Shown: positions 9,922 through 20,249 of the stretch, piece by piece
Layout: each line of letters begins with the position of its first letter
Position numbering within the stretch: the first letter of the stretch is position 1
NCBI GenBank assembly: GCA_963707855.1
Contig: CAVPRQ010000020.1
Coordinates: 41,940-105,939 of the forward strand
From: an uncultured Thermoleophilia bacterium
GTDB taxonomy: Bacteria; Actinomycetota; Thermoleophilia; UBA2241
Reading direction: 5' to 3'
DNA length: 64,000 nucleotides
Translations under genes and position numbers: made by a program
The notes under the pieces: model-generated
What the model was told of the DNA's origin: nothing
Database searches by the model: none
Seen by the model: the letters and a program-made list of their open reading frames with translations, nothing else

Positions 9922-10633
9922 AGGCGATCACGAGGACCACGTCGGCGACGAACGTCACGAGGCCCAACACCACGACGTCGATCACGAGCAGCGGCAGCGC
10001 CTGCGCGAGGCCGTCGGTGACCATCTGCGCGAGAAGCGTGGCGACCGTCATCGCGATGAGACTGACGGTCAGAGCGAGGAGCGTGGAGAGGAGCAGATTG
10101 GCGCGCACGCAGGCCCAGGAGCGCGCGATGGCGCGCGCGGGGTCGAGACCGGTGATCACGATCGCGTAGTCCGAGTACATGATGGCGATGCTGAGCGCAA
10201 AGAGGACGACGCCGGTCACGCTTGCGACCGCGGCGTCGTCCGCGCTCACGATCACCCAGGCGCCGGCGCCGTTCAGCGCCTCGATGATGAGCTGCAGACC
10301 GAGCAGCGAGGCGAACTGCGCGCCGTCATGTGGTCGCAGGTGGAAGCGGCCGACGATCGAGCGGATCAGCCCTGCGCGGAACCAGACGTAGACCGCGACG
10401 TAAAGGACGAAGATGCCGACCGCCGTGAGGCCCGGCGCCGCGGCGACGTCGAAGGCGGACGCCTTCGTGCGCCCCAGGACGTCGTCGACGGATCCCCCGT
10501 CGTGAAGCCACGACAGGACGAGGGGCACGAGGGCGGCAAGGGCGTACAGCGGTATGGCGTAGAAGGCGAGGTACTGCTTCGCCTGAAGGACCGCCAGAGC
10601 GCGGCGCAGCAGCGTCGGTCCGGTCGCGTCCAT
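9878..10633 (-). CDS. hypothetical polytopic membrane protein
   Basis: From ATG 10633 (MDATGPTLLRRAL..) there are about six hydrophobic helices, for example ..LAFYAIPLYALAALVPLVLSW.. and ..LLVIDVVVLGLVTFVADVVLVIAYV.. No family was recognised. Confidence 0.55.
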   Translation of the reverse strand: MDATGPTLLRRALAVLQAKQYLAFYAIPLYALAALVPLVLSWLHDGGSVDDVLGRTKASAFDVAAAPGLTAVGIFVLYVAVYVWFRAGLIRSIVGRFHLRPHDGAQFASLLGLQLIIEALNGAGAWVIVSADDAAVASVTGVVLFALSIAIMYSDYAIVITGLDPARAIARSWACVRANLLLSTLLALTVSLIAMTVATLLAQMVTDGLAQALPLLVIDVVVLGLVTFVADVVLVIAYVHAVETGRLPRAR

Positions 10634-10709
10634 GCGCGCGAGTATATACCGCGGCCGCTGGCGGCCGTCGCCGGCGGCTTGCGGCCTCCCCGTGGCGTAC
10701 AATCACGGC

Positions 10710-11403
10710 ATGCTCTTCTCCCGCCGCGTGCTCGTCTTCCTCGCCCTCAGCTGGGGCTTGGTCGCGCTGTACCCAGACCCGACCGTCCTCCTCACGAGTG
10801 TGCGCAATCTGCTCTCCCCGAGGATCGAAGCCGACACCGCGGGGGCGCTGGCGGCGTCCCTGCCGGACGACCCGCGCGCGATCGAGAGCATCGTGCTGGA
10901 CGAGGTGGTCCCCTACGCGACGGACTGGGAGGCCGCGGGCGTCCCCTGGAGCTTTCCGAGCGCCGCTGAGGCGCTGCGCGCGCGACGCGGCGACTGCGAA
11001 AGCCGCGCGGTCGTCCTCGCCAGCGTCCTCGCCGCCAAGGGGATCCCGCTACGAGCTGCGCATGTCGTTCGACCACATCTGGGTCGACTACCCGGGCAAG
11101 GTGCCGACCGCGCTGGAGAACGACGCGCGGGTCCTCGCTGACAGGGACGGTGGCGGCTGGTCGGCGCTGCGCTGGCCGGAGGACCTGGATCTGGGCCGCG
11201 AGGTGCGCGCCCAGGCGGCGATCTACTGGGACCCGATGCCCGCCGGGCGCAAGGTGCTGCTGTTCGGAGGGCTCGGCGTGATCGCGCTGTGGACGCAGCT
11301 TGCGGCATTCATCGCGCGCCCCGGCTTCGCCCGGGCGCGCGACGGTCGCGCGATCGAGATGCGACGCTCGCCTACGCCGTGGACTGCCGGTGGACCATCC
11401 TGA
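10710..11403 (+). CDS. transglutaminase-like domain membrane protein, frameshifted near 11048
   Basis: MLFSRRVLVFLALSWGLVALYP.. (signal/TM), then ..ALRARRGDCESRAVVLASVLAAKGIP (transglutaminase-core Cys context). It continues in ORF 10798..11403 as YELRMSFDHIWVDYPGK.. Confidence 0.6.
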
Positions 11404-11503
11404 CGATGAAGATCGGCAGCGCGATGAAGGCGACCAGCATGGCGACCCGGATCACCAGGAACGCCGAAACGGCGAACCAGATCGCGATCTCGAGGACACT
11501 CAC
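11372..11503 (-). CDS. possible 43-aa hydrophobic peptide (not in the ORF track)
   Basis: GTG 11503 follows AAAGGGG. The translation is MSVLEIAIWFAVSAFLVIRVAMLVAFIALPIFIVRMVHRQSTA, ending at TAG. It overlaps the 3' end of the convergent gene by about 30 nt. Confidence 0.3.
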   Translation of the reverse strand: MSVLEIAIWFAVSAFLVIRVAMLVAFIALPIFIVRMVHRQSTA

Positions 11504-11736
11504 TCCCGGCCCCTTTCGTGGGTCTACTACACAGTCACCATATCGACGGGCGCGCGCCGGCCGCCATACCCCGTGGGTATCGGCGCATCTTCACTCAAGC
11601 AGACACCCTAGGGCGTTGAACCTACGGCGTGTCGCGCCGCGGCAGAGGGAGTGGACGCAGCTCGCGACGGGTGTATCGTAGGTAGCAAGAGCGTGCGTCG
11701 CGCGAGGCGACCGGCGTCTATGTGGGGAGGCGTGCG

Positions 11737-12567
11737 GTGTTCTCGATCATCGACCGCCAGGAGCTGACCAAGCGAGACATGATCTCGCTGACGGTGGAGG
11801 CGCCGGCGATCGCGCGCCGTATCCGCCCCGGTCAGTTCGTCATCCTTCGCGTGAACGAGACCGGTGAGCGCCTGCCTCTGACTGTGGCCTACAGCGACGC
11901 TCTCAACGGGACCATCACGATCATCTTCCAGGTGGTCGGCAAGTCGACGGCGCTGCTCGCCTCTCTCCCCGTGGGTGACGCCATCCGTGATCTGGCCGGG
12001 CCGCTCGGCGCGGTCATGGAGTTCGAGAACGTGGGGACCGTCGTGGGCATCGGCGGGGGCTCGGGCATCGCCGTGCTGCACCACCTCCTCATCGGCTACA
12101 AGGAGGCGGGCAACCGCGTCGTGGGCATCATCGGCGCGCGCGAGAAGGACCTGGTCATCCTCGAGGACGAGATGCGTCATCTCTGCGACAAGGTGATCGT
12201 CACGACCGACGACGGCAGCTACGGCATGCACGGGCTGGTGACCGACGCGCTGCGGGACCTCGTCGAGCACGGGGAGCGCATCGACCTGACGGTCGCCGTA
12301 GGCCCCCTCGTCATGATGCGCGCCGTCTGCCAGATGACGAAGCTCTACGACCTGCCCACCGTGGTCAGTCTCAACCCGATCATGATCGACGGCACCGGCA
12401 TGTGCGGCGGGTGTCGCTGCAGCGTCGGCGGCGAGCGCCGGTTCGCCTGCGTGGACGGCCCGCACTTCGACGGCCACAAGGTCGACTTCGACGAGCTGAT
12501 GCAGCGCAACACGACCTACGGCCGGGACGAGCGCATCTCGCTGCTCAGCTCGGTGCGCCGAGGGTAG
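11737..12567 (+). CDS. nfnA: ferredoxin-NADP+ reductase-like FAD/[2Fe-2S] subunit (NfnA / sulfide dehydrogenase SudB type)
   Basis: GTG 11737 follows GGGGAGG. ..RPGQFVILRVNETGERLPLTVA..GIGGGSGIAVL..GTGMCGGCRCSVGGERRFACVDGPHFDGHKVDF.. This is the characteristic C-terminal Cys cluster. Confidence 0.85.
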   Translation: MFSIIDRQELTKRDMISLTVEAPAIARRIRPGQFVILRVNETGERLPLTVAYSDALNGTITIIFQVVGKSTALLASLPVGDAIRDLAGPLGAVMEFENVGTVVGIGGGSGIAVLHHLLIGYKEAGNRVVGIIGAREKDLVILEDEMRHLCDKVIVTTDDGSYGMHGLVTDALRDLVEHGERIDLTVAVGPLVMMRAVCQMTKLYDLPTVVSLNPIMIDGTGMCGGCRCSVGGERRFACVDGPHFDGHKVDFDELMQRNTTYGRDERISLLSSVRRG

Positions 12568-12574
12568 ACGACTG

Positions 12575-14401
12575 GTGGCGGAGCAGCTCGAGCACGATGG
12601 CGCGGTCGTCACCGGAGCGGGTCTGGCGGCGTACTGCCCCAACTGCCGCGCCGCCCTTACGGTCCTCGACCCCACCGCGCACGAGGTCTCCCTGCGTCTG
12701 TCCGTGAGCTGCGGAGATGAGCGAGGCGACCTCTTTCTGGCGCCGTCGGCCGAAGGCGGGCGGCGCACAGGTACCATCGAGCTGTGCGAGGGCAACGGGC
12801 CGGACGACGTCGCGTGCCCTCACTGCGGGGCGTCGCTCATGGACGGGCAGCGGCGGTGCCGCGCGTGCGGCGGTCCGCGCGCGCGTGTGTTCGTCGCCGG
12901 CGTGCGGCAGGCCCGGCTCAGCTCGTTCTGCGTCGTGGGCGGCAGCATCAGCGCCCTGTCCGGCGAGTCGCCGGCGAAGCCCTCGCGCGAGTCGCGCCAC
13001 AAGATGCCCGAACAGGACGCCGTGTTGCGCGCGCGCAACTTCTCGGAGGTCACCTACGGCTTCGACCACGAGCTGGCGGTCGCCGAGGCAAAGCGCTGTC
13101 TGTCGTGCAAGAAGCCGAAGTGCATCGACGGCTGCCCGGTCAACGTCGACATCACGGCCTTCATCGCCCAGGTCAAGGAGGGGGACTTCGTCGGCGCGGC
13201 GCGCACGATCAAACAGCGCAACGCCCTGCCGGCGATCTGCGGCCGCGTCTGTCCGCAGGACCAGCAGTGCGAGGAACTCTGCGTGTTGCGCAAGAAGGAG
13301 GGCGCCGTCGCCATCGGCGCCCTCGAACGCTTCGTCGCCGACTTCGAGCGCGGCACCGACGCGGTGACCTTGCCCGAACGGGCGCCGAAGACCGGCCGCC
13401 GCGTCGCCGTGGTCGGCAGCGGGCCCGCCGGCCTCACGCTCGCCGCCGACCTCGTGCTCCTGGGTCACAGCGTGACCGTGTTCGAGGCGCTGCACAAACT
13501 CGGCGGCGTGCTCGCTTACGGCATCCCCGAGTTCCGCCTCCCCAAGGACGTCGTCGAGGCCGAGATCGCCTACCTGCGTCACCTCGGGGTCAAGTTCGAG
13601 ATCAACGCCGTGGTCGGCAAGTTGTTCGAGCTCACGGACCTCTTTGAGGAGGGGTACGACGCGGCGTACCTGGCGACGGGCGCCGGGCTGCCGATCTTCC
13701 TCGGTCTTCCGGGAGAGAACCTGCGCAACATCGTCTCGGCGAACGAGTACCTGACTCGCGTCAACCTGATGAAGGCCTACCTCTTCCCGGACTACGACAC
13801 CCCGGCGCCCCGGGGCGCCCGCGTCGCCGTGCTCGGGGGCGGCAACGTGGCCATGGACTGCGCGCGCACGGCGCTACGCATGGGCAGCCGCGAGGTCACC
13901 GTTGTCTACCGCCGGACGCGAGAGGAGATGCCGGCGCGCACCGAGGAGATCGTCCACGCCGAGCAGGAGGGCGTGCAGTTCCGCTATCTCACGAGCCCTG
14001 TGCGCTACGTCGGCGACGACCAGGGTTGGGTGCGCCAGCTCGAGTGCGTGCCGATGAAGCTGGGCAAGCCGGACGCCTCGGGCCGGCCGCGTCCTATCCC
14101 CATGGCGGGCTCGACGTACCTGCTGGACGTCGACCTCGTCCTGGTCGCCGTCGGCGCGGGCCCGAACCCGACCCTGTTCGAAGGATGTGGCGGTCTCGAG
14201 CGGAGCGAGCGCGGATACATCCGGACCTTCAACGACGCCGGCCGCACCAGCCTGCCGCGTGTCTGGGCCGGCGGCGACATCGTCACGGGGTCCGCGACGG
14301 TGATCCTCGCCATGGGCGCCGCCCGTCTCGCGGCGGCCGACATCCACCGGTACCTGAGCGAGGGTGCGGAGGACTGGCCGGCGGGCGGCCACGCCGCGTA
14401 G
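12575..14401 (+). CDS. nfnB: NfnB / GltD-type NADPH-dependent oxidoreductase subunit with about 140-aa N-terminal Zn-ribbon extension
   Basis: From residue 144 the sequence is canonical: [80 protein letters not shown].. The in-frame upstream part carries CPNC, CPHCG and CRACG motifs with high GC3. Confidence 0.85.
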   Translation: MAEQLEHDGAVVTGAGLAAYCPNCRAALTVLDPTAHEVSLRLSVSCGDERGDLFLAPSAEGGRRTGTIELCEGNGPDDVACPHCGASLMDGQRRCRACGGPRARVFVAGVRQARLSSFCVVGGSISALSGESPAKPSRESRHKMPEQDAVLRARNFSEVTYGFDHELAVAEAKRCLSCKKPKCIDGCPVNVDITAFIAQVKEGDFVGAARTIKQRNALPAICGRVCPQDQQCEELCVLRKKEGAVAIGALERFVADFERGTDAVTLPERAPKTGRRVAVVGSGPAGLTLAADLVLLGHSVTVFEALHKLGGVLAYGIPEFRLPKDVVEAEIAYLRHLGVKFEINAVVGKLFELTDLFEEGYDAAYLATGAGLPIFLGLPGENLRNIVSANEYLTRVNLMKAYLFPDYDTPAPRGARVAVLGGGNVAMDCARTALRMGSREVTVVYRRTREEMPARTEEIVHAEQEGVQFRYLTSPVRYVGDDQGWVRQLECVPMKLGKPDASGRPRPIPMAGSTYLLDVDLVLVAVGAGPNPTLFEGCGGLERSERGYIRTFNDAGRTSLPRVWAGGDIVTGSATVILAMGAARLAAADIHRYLSEGAEDWPAGGHAA

Positions 14402-14523
14402 GGCTCCGCCGCCGGGTTGGCCGGCCATGTACGCGGGTGTAGCCTCCCGGGCGGGCGCGCCCGGCCGCAGGCGGCGCGGCGCGCCCGCTGTCCCGAGCAC
14501 CCAGAGCCGAACGGAGTGACCCC

Positions 14524-15615
14524 ATGACCGCCATCGACGACCGCGTCCGGCGCGCCGCGCGTCGCATCGTGTCGGAGTGCGCCAACGTGCGCCGCGGCGA
14601 GCACGTCTACATCGAGGGCCGCATGGACGCGGCCGACTACCTCGAGCTCCTGGCCTTCGAGTGCGAGCGCCTCGGCGCGACGGCGTTCGTCGCGCCGCGC
14701 AGCGACGCCCTCGTCCATCGCCGGCTGCTCGAACTCCCGCCGGAGCAGCTCGAGACGACCTCCCGCGTCCAGCTCGAGGCGGTCCGCGCCGCCGACGTCG
14801 TCTTCGTCGTCAAGATGGAACACGGCGACCCGATGCTGTTCGCCGACGTCTCGCCCGAGCGGGACGCCGCCGCGACGCGGGCCCGCAAGCCGCTCTTCGA
14901 CCTCTTCTTCAGCGGAGGCCGTCGCTGGATCGGCACCGACTTCCCGACCCCGGGGCAGGCGGCGGCCTTCGGGCTCGACTACGCCGCGTTCAGCGAGATG
15001 TTCTGGCGCAGCCTCGATGTCGACTACGCCGAGCTGCAGAGCAAAGCCGACGCCCTCGGAGCGGCCCTCGAGGGCGCGCACAGGGTGCACATCGTCTCGG
15101 CCAAGGGGACTGACGTCAGCCTCGGCATCGCAGGCCGGCCGTTCGACAAGGACGTCGGCGTCGTCGGCCGCGAGACCGCTCTCTCCAACCTCCCCGCCGG
15201 CGAGGTGTGCCTGGCGCCGCTCGAGGACCAGACCGAGGGCACCGTCGTGTTCGACCTCGCCTTCATGGACGGGCGTCGCGTCGAGGACCTCGAGGTCCGC
15301 TTCGAGGCCGGCCGCGCGACGCTGGTCGGCGCGGCCCGCGAGTTCGAGTTCGTGCAGCGCGTCGTGGCCGCGTCGGGCGCCGGTGCGGACGTGATCGGCG
15401 AGCTCGGCATCGGCATCAACCCGGCGGTCGGCGAGCCCTGCGGCTACACGCTCACCGACGAGAAGATCCTCGGGACCGTCCATCTCGCGCTGGGCGACAA
15501 CGAGATGCTCGGCGGCGCCAACCCGTCGACGCTGCACTGGGACATGATGGTCCTCGGCCCGACGGTGAAGGTAGACGACCGACCGATCCTGGCCGAAGGC
15601 GAGTGGCAGCTGTGA
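14524..15615 (+). CDS. M29-family (AmpS/PepS-like) aminopeptidase
   Basis: Intact 363-aa ORF: ..[66 protein letters not shown].. Confidence 0.8.
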   Translation: MTAIDDRVRRAARRIVSECANVRRGEHVYIEGRMDAADYLELLAFECERLGATAFVAPRSDALVHRRLLELPPEQLETTSRVQLEAVRAADVVFVVKMEHGDPMLFADVSPERDAAATRARKPLFDLFFSGGRRWIGTDFPTPGQAAAFGLDYAAFSEMFWRSLDVDYAELQSKADALGAALEGAHRVHIVSAKGTDVSLGIAGRPFDKDVGVVGRETALSNLPAGEVCLAPLEDQTEGTVVFDLAFMDGRRVEDLEVRFEAGRATLVGAAREFEFVQRVVAASGAGADVIGELGIGINPAVGEPCGYTLTDEKILGTVHLALGDNEMLGGANPSTLHWDMMVLGPTVKVDDRPILAEGEWQL

Positions 15616-15631
15616 AAGGAGCGAGGCGGAC

Positions 15632-16697
15632 GTGAGCGACGAAAGCGGTACGAAGCGCGTGATCGACATGCGCAGCGACACGGTCACCAAGCCGGGACCG
15701 GAGATGCGCCGCGCCATGGCCGAGGCCGAGGTCGGGGACGACGTCTTCGAGGACGACCCGACCGTCAATCGCCTGCAGGCGACCGCGGCCGAGCTGCTCG
15801 GCAAGGAAGCCGCGCTCTTCTGCCCGTCCGGCACGATGACCAACCAGGTCGCGCTTCACACCCTGACGCGGCGCGGCGACGAGGTCTTCCTGCACGCCCA
15901 GGCCCACATCCTGTTCTACGAGCAGGGCGGGGCCGCGGTCCTCAGCCAACTGCAGCTTCGCTGCTTCGACTCCCCCGACGGCACGCTCGACCCCGACGAC
16001 ATGGATGGGCTCGTCCATCACGACGACGACGTGCACTTCGCGCCGACCCGCGTCGTCTGTCTCGAGGACACGCACAACCACTGCGGCGGCGTCGTGTACC
16101 CGCTCGAGCGCATCCACGCCGTGCGCGCGTTCTGCGACCGCCACGATCTCAAGCTGCACCTGGACGGGGCGCGCATCTGGAACGCGCACGTCGCGAGCGG
16201 CGTGCCGCTTGACCGAGATCGCCGCGCCGTGCGACACCGTCAGCGTCTGCCTGTCGAAGGGCCTCGGCGCGCCGGTCGGCTCGCTGCTGGTCGGCGACGC
16301 GCCGACCATCGCGCTCGCCCGGCGCGCCCGCAAGCTGTTCGGCGGCGGCATGCGGCAGGCCGGCATCATCGCCGCCGCGGGCCTCTACGCGCTCGAGCAC
16401 CACATCGACCGCATGGCCGACGACCATCGCCGCATCCGCGGAATGGCCCAGCGGCTCGCCTCGGTCGACGGCCTGCAGGTCGACCTCGACAAGGTGCAGA
16501 CCAACATGGTGTACGTCGACACCCGCGACACCGGGCGCAAGGCGGCCGAGATCGTCCCGCTGCTTGCGGACGAGGGCCTGTGGGCGCTCGACGAGGGCAT
16601 CTGGACGCTGCGCTTCGTCGCCCACCTCGGTCTCGACGACGGCGACGTCGAGGAGGCCACGGCCATCGTCGAGCGCACGGTGGCGCGCCTGCGCTGA
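15632..16697 (+). CDS. ltaE: low-specificity L-threonine aldolase, frameshifted near 16208
   Basis: ..[68 protein letters not shown]. It then continues in ORF 16005..16697 as [42 protein letters not shown].. Confidence 0.88.
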
Positions 16698-16837
16698 GCC
16701 CGCGACGCGGGGTCCGCAGCCGTGGCCGACCGGTCGGTGGCCCTCGCCTGCAGCCTCGCCCCGCTCGTCAGTGAGAGCCTCGACCTGATACGCTGGGCGC
16801 CCTCTGCGGGCCACACGAGCGTTCGGTGACGACGACG

Positions 16838-18778
16838 ATGGCAGATCACGACTCCGGCGACCGCGCGGACGCCGTCAGAAGCCCCGGGGTGTTCGGCAAG
16901 ACCGTCTGGGTCGACCTCACCTCGGGCTCGGTGCGCGAGTGGGACGAGCCGGCCGCGTTCCACCGCCGCTTCCTGGGCGGGGCGGGCGTGGCTCTCCACT
17001 ACCTGCTGCGTGAGGCGTCTCCGGGCATCGACCCGCTCTCCCCCGACAGCGTCATGGTGATCGCGCCCGGCCTTCTCGCCGGCACGCAGGGCCCCGCGGT
17101 GCCGCGGTTCGTCGTCTGCGCGCGGTCGCCGCTCACGGGTGCGCTCGGCAGGTCCGAGGCCGGCGGCTTCTGGGGCCCGGAGCTCAAGCGCGCCGGCGTC
17201 GGGGCGCTGATCGTGACGGGGCGCGCGGCACGGCCTTCGTACCTCCTCGTGACGCCGGACGCGGTCGAGATCCGCGACGCCGGTTTCGCCTGGGGTCTCG
17301 TCACCGGTGAGGCGGAGGACGCGATCAGGGCGCACGTGGGCGATCCCAAGGTGCGCATCGCCTTGATCGGTCCTGCCGGCGAGCGTCTTGTCCGGTATGC
17401 GGGGATCGCCAGCGATCTCAGCCACTTCAACGGCAGGAACGGTCTCGGTGCCGTCATGGGGTCGAAGAACCTCAAGGCGATCGCCGTCCGCGGGCAGGCG
17501 CGCCTGGCGGTGCACGACCCCGCGCGCGTCAAGGAGATCGCCGCGGCGGCGGCGCGGCTCTGCCGCGAGCACCCGCTCAGCAGCCTCCTGCGCGACCAGG
17601 GCACGGCGCCCGGGGTCGAGGTCAACAACGCCGCGGGAGCGCTCGCGACCTTCAACTGGCGGTCGGCGACGTTCGCCGCCGCCGACAGGATCGGCGGCGC
17701 GGTGCTCAACGGGTCCTACCTGGTGAAGCGCGGTGGGTGCTATGCGTGTCCCGTCAACTGCAAGCGGGTGGTCGCCGTCGACGGCGAGAGGGTCAAGGTC
17801 GACCCCCGTTACGGCGGACCGGAGTACGAGACCCTGGCGGCGTTCGGCTCCAACTGCGGGGTGGACGACTTCGAGGTCATCGCCAAGGCGAACGAGCTGT
17901 GCAACATGTACGGCGTCGACACGATCTCGGCGGGCATGACGATCTCGTTCGCCATGGCCTGTTTCGAGGACGGCCTCATCGGGCCCGACGACACCGGCGG
18001 TCTCGCGCTGCGCTTCGGCGACGGCGATGTCGTCCTCGGCCTCATCGATCGGATCGCCCGGCGCGAGGGCTTCGGCGACCTGCTGGCCGAGGGCTCCGTC
18101 CGCGCCGCCGCCGCCATCGGCCACGGCGCGGAGGCGCGCGTGGTCGCCGTCAAGGGGCAGGAAGTCCCGATGCACGACGCCCGGGTCAAGACCGGCCTCG
18201 GGCTGCAGTACGCGCTGTCGCCGAACGGCGCCGACCACTGGTTCGCGCAGCACGATCCCTTGTTCGCCACGGAGGCGAGCTCGGGGGTCGTCGACGGCGC
18301 GTCCCTTGGGATCGAGGCGCCGGTCGATCCGCTCGACCTCGGCCCGGCGAAGGTGGACCTCGTCTGGCGGACGAGCCTGCTCAACAGCCTCTACGACTGT
18401 CTCGGGGTCTGCATCTTCGGCGCCTACGCGCGGAGCATGACGGCCGCGACGACGTTCGCCGACCTCGTGGCCGCGGCCACGGGCTGGGACGTCGGGCTGC
18501 CGGAGCTGCTGCAGGCCGGCGAGCGGGCGCTCGCCATGTCGCGGCTCTACAACGTGCGGCAGGGGTTCGGACCGCGGGACGACGTGCTGCCGCCGCTGTT
18601 CCTCACGCCGATCCCCGACGGGCCGCTCGCCGGGCGGCACGCGATCGACCCGGACGGATTCGCCGCCGCGGTGCGTCTCTACTACGAGATGGCGTCCTGG
18701 GACCCGGCGACGGGTCTGCCGACGCCCGGCAAGATGGCCCAGCTCGGCCTGGAGGAGCTGCTCGACGCCGCGGAGTGA
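16838..18778 (+). CDS. aldehyde:ferredoxin oxidoreductase family (tungstopterin) enzyme, copy 1
   Basis: Intact ORF: ..DLTSGSVRE..FLGGAGVALHYLL..RFVVCARSPLTGALGRSEAGGFWG..CYACPVNCKR..YGGPEYETLAAFGSNCG.. Confidence 0.88.
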   Translation: MADHDSGDRADAVRSPGVFGKTVWVDLTSGSVREWDEPAAFHRRFLGGAGVALHYLLREASPGIDPLSPDSVMVIAPGLLAGTQGPAVPRFVVCARSPLTGALGRSEAGGFWGPELKRAGVGALIVTGRAARPSYLLVTPDAVEIRDAGFAWGLVTGEAEDAIRAHVGDPKVRIALIGPAGERLVRYAGIASDLSHFNGRNGLGAVMGSKNLKAIAVRGQARLAVHDPARVKEIAAAAARLCREHPLSSLLRDQGTAPGVEVNNAAGALATFNWRSATFAAADRIGGAVLNGSYLVKRGGCYACPVNCKRVVAVDGERVKVDPRYGGPEYETLAAFGSNCGVDDFEVIAKANELCNMYGVDTISAGMTISFAMACFEDGLIGPDDTGGLALRFGDGDVVLGLIDRIARREGFGDLLAEGSVRAAAAIGHGAEARVVAVKGQEVPMHDARVKTGLGLQYALSPNGADHWFAQHDPLFATEASSGVVDGASLGIEAPVDPLDLGPAKVDLVWRTSLLNSLYDCLGVCIFGAYARSMTAATTFADLVAAATGWDVGLPELLQAGERALAMSRLYNVRQGFGPRDDVLPPLFLTPIPDGPLAGRHAIDPDGFAAAVRLYYEMASWDPATGLPTPGKMAQLGLEELLDAAE

Positions 18779-18820
18779 GCGGCGGCGCGGGACGTCGTCG
18801 CCGCGCCGGAGGAGGAATGG

Positions 18821-18863
18821 GACGGGCGCCGGCCCGGGCCTCAGGCCCAGGCCGGCGCCCGTC
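18821..18863. terminator. 20-bp-stem GC-rich hairpin between convergent AOR and alcohol dehydrogenase genes
   Basis: GACGGGCGCCGGCCCGGGCC-TCA-GGCCCAGGCCGGCGCCCGTC, with one mismatch. Confidence 0.55.
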
Positions 18864-18925
18864 GTCGCTCCGGTGCCGGGACGGCGGGGGGTCGCCGCCG
18901 GCGCCGGGGTCCGTTCGGGCCGGCG

Positions 18926-20223
18926 CTACTTCGTCTTTCTGGCGGCCGGCTTCTTCTCCTTGACCGGCTTGGAACCGGGGCGCACGGCCATGTTGCGGTA
19001 GACCTGCGCCATGTCCTCGGGCGTGAACTTGCGCGGGTTGTTGGCCCACAGGCGCGCCTGGGTCATGGCGCCCTTGACGAGGTCCGGGATCGCCGACTCG
19101 GGGATGTCGACGTCGCTCAGGTACTGCGGCACGTCGAGGTCTTTGGCCAGCTGGCGCAGGGCGGCGAGGGTCTTCTCGGCGGCCTCACGGTCGCGAGAGC
19201 CCGACCATGTTCTCGCCCATGGCCTCGCCGAACTGCTTGAACCAGCGCAGGCAGGCCAGCATGTTGAACTCCATGGCCCACGGCAGGACCATCGTGTTGG
19301 CGACGCCGTGCGGAACGTGGAACATGCCGCCGATCGGGTACGAGAGCGCGTGCACCGCGCCGACGCCGGCGTTGCCGAAGGCGATGCCACCCATCATGGA
19401 GCCCATCGCCATGTTGTCGCGTGCCCACATGTTGCTGCCGTCGTAGACGGCGGTGCGGATGCTCTGGCTGATCAGCTTGATGCCCTCGTAGGCCAGCGAG
19501 TCGGTGTGCATGGTGGCGTTCACCGAGATGTAGGCCTCGATGTTGTGGATGAGTGCGTCCATGCCGGAGGCGGCGGTGACGTGCGGCGGGCAGCTGACGG
19601 TGAGCGCGGGGTCGATGAGCGCGACGTTGGGCATGAGGAAGGGGCTGACGAGGCCCTGCTTCACGTTCAGCTTCTCGTTGGCGAAGATGGCGATGGCCGT
19701 GCACTCGGAGCCTGTGCCGGCCGTGGTCGGGATGGCGATGATCGGCAGACCCTTGCGTCGGCACCTGGTCGATGCCCACGTAGTCGTAGACCGTGTCGCC
19801 GGTGTGCGGCAACACCGCGGCCGCCTTGGCGACGTCGATGGGGGAGCCGCCGCCGAAGCCGACGATCAGGTCGTAGCCGCCCTTCTCGACGATGCGCACG
19901 ATCTCCTCGATGGTGCTCATCGGCGGCTCGGGCACGGTCTTGTCGTAGAAGTCGACCTTGAGACCGGCCTCGTGCAGCGGACGCTCGACGTCGACGCACA
20001 TGCCGCAGTCGCTGACGCCCTCGTCGGTGATGACGAGCACCTTGGTGCCGTTGAGCTTCTTGGCCTCGATCCCCAGCTGGTCGACGGCGCCGATGCCGGT
20101 GATGAGGGTCTTGGGCTGGCGGTGGATTCGCATCTTGCGTTCGACGCGGCGACGCTCGACCTGCTGGCCGCCCATCGCCGATGAGAAGACGCGCGGTTCG
20201 GGTTCGTTGTGGACGTGGTCCAT
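18926..20223 (-). CDS. iron-containing alcohol dehydrogenase (likely 4-hydroxybutyrate dehydrogenase), two frameshifts (about 19760 and 19190)
   Basis: Three ORF-track pieces join. Piece 1: ..LVITDEGVSDCG..IVGFGGGSPIDVAKAAA.. Piece 2: ..KGLPIIAIPTTAGTGSE..MDALIHNIEAY..GVGAVHALSYPIGGMFHVPHGVANTM.. Piece 3: ..REAAEKTLAALRQLAKDLDVPQYLSDV.. The true start may be an internal ATG. Confidence 0.8.
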
Positions 20224-20249
20224 GGCTCTCTGGTCTCCTCCTCGTGGGG

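Noticed and set aside
16205-16212. A shared CTTGAC context at two frameshift sites (ltaE about 16208 and AOR2 about 47660), as a hint of a motif-specific (methylation-linked) basecalling error.
   Set aside because: There are only two instances, and other frameshift sites have different contexts. This is too weak to claim.
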